Positions 59,401-64,000 of a stretch of 64,000 bases of DNA are shown piece by piece (within the stretch, counting starts at the first letter, position 1; each line of letters starts with the position of its first letter). The notes beneath the pieces are model-generated. The model did not search any database. It worked only from the letters and a program-made list of their open reading frames with translations, and was not told the DNA's origin. The position numbers were made by a program, and so were the translations under genes. Source of the stretch: Amoebophrya sp. A120. Taxonomy: Eukaryota; Protista; Dinoflagellata. The stretch spans positions 3,381,320 through 3,445,319 of the forward strand of contig CAJINV010000004.1 of the NCBI GenBank assembly GCA_905178155.1, read 5' to 3'.

Positions 59401-62400
59401 ATGACATATTTGCATTTGATAGGTCCGGCCCGGGGAGGTACTGCGAAATCGGGCAGTGAGTGCGGTTCAGGTCTACGGTCACCATCTGGATCTTGTTTTG
59501 GTCGTCATGGTCTTCCAGAATCAGGGACAGCAACATCGGCACCACGGCGCAGGTGAAAAACAGAAAAATGCTGACCAGGTAGATCGACGTGCAGCTGCCA
59601 CTGAAGATGATCTCCTTCATGCACAAACAACAGCAGTTGTCGCAGCAAAATTGCTCCTCTATTTCGTCCATATCCGACGTGTAGTCTCCTTTTAGCGGAT
59701 CTCCTCTCGCCTCGGAAGGATATTGGCTACCTGCCGCAAGTCCACCACCTCCAGGAGCTGTTGCAGTAAATTGTGCAAAGGGAACGGCGGGCCGCCCCCC
59801 CGAAGATGCCGTCGCGGCCGACGCCCTTGAAGATGTCGTCGCGACCGAGTTGCGCGCCCGAAGCAAGATCTCCTGGGAACCGAGTTCTAGATCAATCGCC
59901 TCGCGCATGAGCGTCGCGTCCTCTGCATTCATCTCCTGCAGTTCATCTTCTTGTGTAGGCCCCAGCACCGGCGCGCCAACCACACTTGCTCCTGCAAGCC
60001 CGATCGTCGAGCCCTCGCTGTCGATGTTGTCCACCTTTAGTTTCGCAGCACGACCTGATCTTCGTCTGCAGCACTCGCAGCAAACGAACGCACTCTCGCG
60101 CAAGCCCAGCGCGTAGGGGTTGAGCACCGTCAGAATGTAAACACACATCAAAGCGGGCACGAAAAACGGAATTTGGTACTTGACTCCGACGTCGGTCACG
60201 TATCCACTGGACGGGTTGAGTTCCATGGTGGTCTTGTATCCCAGAGAAAAAAGCAGGCAGGGCATACTGATATTTGTAAAAATGCAGAAACAAAATAGCA
60301 GAAAAATCTGCCATGGGTCAAGACCCCATAGCGTGCTGTTTAGGACCTGCAACGCATATCTTTTTTTTTTTGCATATACAAATACCAAAACCAATATGAC
60401 CTGCGTGTCCTCTTTTTCTGGGAGATATTTGTGCGGCCTGGTACAAAAGTCCGAGCCCCAGGTGCGTGAAGAAGCTGGCCCCAAGCAGGGCCACGGCGAC
60501 CCGGATCCAGATCACGGTCGCGAATTTATCGTACGAAAAAGTGTGTCACTGTAAGGATTGGATTTTGCAAGTTTTCTTGCATAACAAGTTGAAGTTTGCA
60601 GCTCTACATAACAACGCAAATTTGCCGCGCGAGGGTCCTAAGAGAAAACAACACGTCGAAACATCAACATGCACTGTCTTGCAGGAAAAATAGCAAGAAA
60701 AACACTGCTGTGTTCTTGATGCGTCTTCTGCATTACAGGTGTATTACAACAGTGAAGCAGTTTTTTCTTACGATAGAATTGCGCGCTCTTGTATTGGCGG
60801 ACCAGAAAGTGCTCGCTCTGCTGCTCACTTGTGCGAGCGGCCTGAGGACCTCCACCTCCTCCGGATAATAAAATGCTGGAAAATTGCAAGGAGCTTTCCT
60901 CCTGCTGCAGCATCTTGCGCTCCTCGGCACTCACGGTGGTTATCAAAAGGAAAAATCCCCCCTCCCCATATTGACAAGGTACGTTTTCGAAAATTTGTCT
61001 TGCTGATTTGTGACCACAAATCATCTCTATGTTGCACGAAGGCAACTCCACAGGCTCCGCAGTATTCTACAGGCGGTTTGTCATGCTCATGCTCCTAAAG
61101 CGTAGACGTCTGTCATGCTAAGCGCCGAGGCCAAAGCCTGTCTTTTCAGGCTTGATATCGGCCTGCAGTCCTCGCCAGCATGACAAATCTGATTTGTGTA
61201 CGCAAATCCAGCATCAGAAACTTCGTTTTGATATGGGGAGGGGGGATGTTTCATTCTGATAGTGGTTGTAGCATCGTCGCGGAGGTGCGTCGGGGTCGTG
61301 GTGGCGTTTGTCGTATGGCGTTCTCAAACGTTACATTCTCAAGAACTGTATACATTATTTGTCATGCAAAATGAGCGTCAACGTTCACACAGTGAAGCTA
61401 CCCCGCATGACAAATTTTGGAAGGGCTAAACAGCGTGGGAATCTGTGCCGAATTTGTAATGCAAGAGTTGCAAGATCCGGCCTTTCCCTGTTACCATTCT
61501 TGCATCACAAATTCATGCAACAGTTGAGAATGTAACAGTTGAGAACGCCATATGTCGAAAGCGACGCGTTTACCACGTGCTTCGTCGACAGCGCGAAGTC
61601 GCCCGCGCCGTCCCGCACCCGGGCCGTCAATTGCCGTGCGAACCGTTTCGCCAGCTGGTCGGAGTCCCTGTTGCCGGCGAGTTGTAGCATAGTGGTGGTT
61701 ATGCATTGCAAATATGTCTGGGTCTGGAAGAATGCAAGTTTCTTGTCATGCTTGCCTGGCATGACTCATAAATCTGCAATGCATGAGCAGGAAAAGGGCC
61801 TCTTGCCTGTCATGCAAAAACGCAGTTTGCCATGCGGAAAACGATACACAGTAGCAGATGAAAAATTTGTCATGCTTGGCTGCGTATTGCAGCCCGCCCA
61901 CAATTCACATTTTAGCATCACAAGTTTCCAGAACCAGACATATTTGCATTTGATAGTGGTCGTGTCTCCTCCTGGTTGTTGTCCTTCGTCTGCTAGTAGT
62001 GCCCGCCTTTCTAAACTGCTTTGCGCAGCATTATAGTTGCCGCTTGCACCCGGACCCGCTGCAGCGGCCGAAACTAAACCTCGGTCCTCTTCTTCCTCTA
62101 AGATAGCCTGCTTGGTTTGCTCGACTGCCTCGGTGAACGACAAATTTCGGGTGCGGCAGTGCACGACCCACAGCACTATCAAATGCAAAAATGTCTGGGT
62201 CTGGAAACTTGTGATGCTAAAATGTGGATGATGGAAACAGTTCCGGACGCAACCCAGCATGACAACTTTCCAGAACGCTTTCTCATAGGCAATTCGCATG
62301 AGAAGCTGCGTTTTCGCATGTACAAAAGAGGCTGCGACTTTTGTTGGTTACGCAACACAGATTTTCTAGGTTTGGAAAGCTAGCATATTACAAGTTCCAA

Positions 62401-63639
62401 CCATCCAGACCCAGACATATTTGGATTTGATAAGCACGACAGCGAGACATATCAGCTCGCACATAGCGACGATCCACCCGGGGCGATGCTGGTACACGGT
62501 ATCCACGGAAAAAACTGTGTTAGTCTAACTTTCTTGGAGGAATAGCATCACAAGTTTGCTCTGCATGACAGAGAGAGCCTGTCATGCGCGGCTAGTACGT
62601 GAAAACACGTATGGAATACAGAGCCTCTGATGCATGTCCAGCATGACAAGTGTAAACTGTTTTGCATTTTCTGCATCACAGACTTACACTTACACAGTTT
62701 TTTTCTTGCATACACAGTGTTGGTCATGTAATACATCAGGTACGTGGTCCGCGACAGGCTGGTCGACGGGTTGTCATCGTCAATGTTGCGCCGCGAAAGC
62801 TTCACCAAGTCGGAAAACGAGAACACCTCGCTGAATATTATCGCAAGAAAAAACTGTAGTTTCACTGTAAACTTGTAATGCAGAAACTGTATCTCAGAAT
62901 TGTTTGTCTTGCTACACATGCAAGACAGGCGATTTTTAGCTGTGTTTTCCCTTAGGAACCTCGCATGACAAGTTTTCCCTGTCATGTAGAGCAAACTTGT
63001 GTTGCAAAACTTGCAAAATCCTTACAGTGAAACACTTTTTTCGTACGATAAATATGTCACTCGAAACAAACAGCAAAGCCGTGACCAGGTATCCTGAGTA
63101 AAAACGTACCCACACCAGAGCCAGGATGGGGATTTTGCAACACAAACATAGGAGTTTTGTGAGTCACGCATGACAAGTTGCACTCTGCAGTGTAGTGCAG
63201 GTTAGCAAGTGCAGCCGCATCACAAATCCAGCTGCTCATCCTGTTCACAGCATCACAAATTCCAAAACACGACTGGAAATGGCTCTCATGGGGATGCGCA
63301 TTACAAGTCTTCCTGTCTTTGCAAATCTGCATTACAACTCTGGTGTGGGTACGTTTTTACTCAGGATACCAGGAGTGCCAGAATCACGTAGCAGGCTGTG
63401 CAACAACCGATGCAGCAGTGCGCCGTGCAGGAAAACTGGTTCGGAGCGAGGCAAACATCTTCAATTGAGCTACGCCCTCCCGACGACGATGAGGCTTTAG
63501 AAGTACCGGCAGAGTACCTTATTTTGCTTTGCATCGTGGAAGCCGCGTGCTGCGACAGCGTGCGTCGACTCGTCAACGCCTCCGTAGTACCTGCAAACTG
63601 GGCAGTTGCCCGGAAACTGTTGTTGCCCGTCGAGGCCAT
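56441..63639 (-). CDS. Multi-TM protein fused to a C-terminal capsular-polysaccharide-synthesis-type (Caps_synth/GT32-like) glycosyltransferase domain
   Basis: ILWMFWDKG..AP, FSDLVRL.VL.RFGGAYIDAT, ESWFIAS, YFSIH, FIKL motifs; frame traced through 14 introners plus one probable GC-AG intron near 60346-60438. Confidence 0.78.
56724..56992. mobile_element. Introner type A
   Basis: TSD cgttg/cgttg. Confidence 0.93.
57047..57305. mobile_element. Introner type A
   Basis: TSD gttgt/gttgt. Confidence 0.93.
57982..58239. mobile_element. Introner type A
   Basis: TSD tggtg/tggtg. Confidence 0.93.
58281..58601. mobile_element. Introner type D
   Basis: TSD tgggg/tgggg. Confidence 0.93.
58784..59065. 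mobile_element. Introner type C
   Basis: TSD agcta/agcta. Confidence 0.93.
59149..59421. mobile_element. Introner type A
   Basis: TSD ggtcc/ggtcc. Confidence 0.92.
60527..60775. mobile_element. Introner type B variant
   Basis: TSD gaatt/gaatt. Confidence 0.92.
60941..61261. mobile_element. Introner type D
   Basis: TSD gtggt/gtggt. Confidence 0.93.
61314..61552. mobile_element. Introner type I
   Basis: TIR tatggcgttctcaa..gttacattctcaa; TSD tgtcg/tgtcg. Confidence 0.92.
61700..61955. mobile_element. Introner type A
   Basis: TSD gtggt/gtggt. Confidence 0.93.
62177..62432. mobile_element. Introner type A
   Basis: TSD agcac/agcac. Confidence 0.93.
62500..62712. mobile_element. Introner type B
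   Basis: TSD cacgg/cacag. Confidence 0.92.
62839..63050. mobile_element. Introner type B variant (inverted relative of 60527)
   Basis: TSD aatat/aatat. Confidence 0.92.
63090..63368. mobile_element. Introner type C
   Basis: TSD ccagg/ccagg. Confidence 0.93.
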
Positions 63640-64000
63640 CTTCGGCTGCCTTCTTCAAGTAGAAATAAAACCGAGCTTCAACTAAAAGTGACAGCGAAAG
63701 GTCCTTGTTCTATCATTTTCTAAACCTCCTCGGACGGCGGGCACAGGGCAGCCGAGAAAATGTAGATAAAGAGCTCAGAAAAAAATCTCAATCTTCATGC
63801 GTAACGTTGCTATTCATCTATAATATCTTTTCTGCTTCACAAAAACATTTCGCCAAATTGAAATTCTGTGCGTATCTGCAAAATCATACAGGGATGGTTA
63901 ACGTAGTGCGCTCCTGAGTCGTCCACAAATACCTTTCGCAATAAATCCGCGCTGCTGATTATATTGTGTGAGTGTACAATTACAAACTCGCCGGTTAATG

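Noticed and set aside
6-63332. Many ORF-track peptides sharing FQTQTFLHL, CKNVWVWK, PDPDIFAFD or SGVGTFL, resembling a repeat-protein family
   Set aside because: They are translations of introner TIRs in all six frames, not proteins.
1909-63368. CRISPR-like array of ~30-bp repeats with unique spacers
   Set aside because: Repeats come as inverted pairs with TSDs, the spacers are exons, the DNA is eukaryotic, and there are no cas genes.
1909-63368. Universal terminal G, or group I/II self-splicing intron identity, for the introners
   Set aside because: Several junctions contain no G within the TSD, and the elements are short, lack recognisable catalytic cores and occur in both orientations.

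Overview
Eukaryotic genomic DNA. The architecture fits a Syndiniales parasite of the Amoebophrya type; this is inferred from gene structure, not from a database match. Every gene I could reconstruct is on the minus strand: BBS2 (5' part), DRC3/LRRC48, a Methyltransf_16 (METTL21-like) methyltransferase, a NIPA-type Mg transporter, a putative HxRxGD fucosyltransferase-like protein, a tandem pair of SHOCT-domain genes, a multi-TM protein fused to a capsular-polysaccharide-synthesis-type glycosyltransferase, and several hypothetical proteins. The dominant feature is about 60 short (roughly 165-330 bp; one host is 529 bp with a nested copy) MITE-like elements of at least 8 terminal-inverted-repeat (TIR) types. 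Essentially all read TAT...ATA, carry a 5-bp target-site duplication (TSD) and sit inside coding exons. Removing the element plus one TSD copy restores the reading frame in every complete case I traced, yet only one can be read as GT-AG, so they behave as non-canonical transposon introns (introners). The window also gives empty sites in a paralog, a nested copy, copies in both orientations, a shared internal TGT(C/G/A)ATGC motif, and apparent ~10.4-bp phasing of insertion sites. A second class of 0.65-1.2 kb insertions has very long direct repeats of 20, 42, 42 and 85 bp. A 1.8-kb TIR element with an 8-bp TSD lies in a canonical intron. No autonomous transposase or reverse transcriptase was recognised. 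Coordinates were counted by hand and may be off by 1-2 nt.
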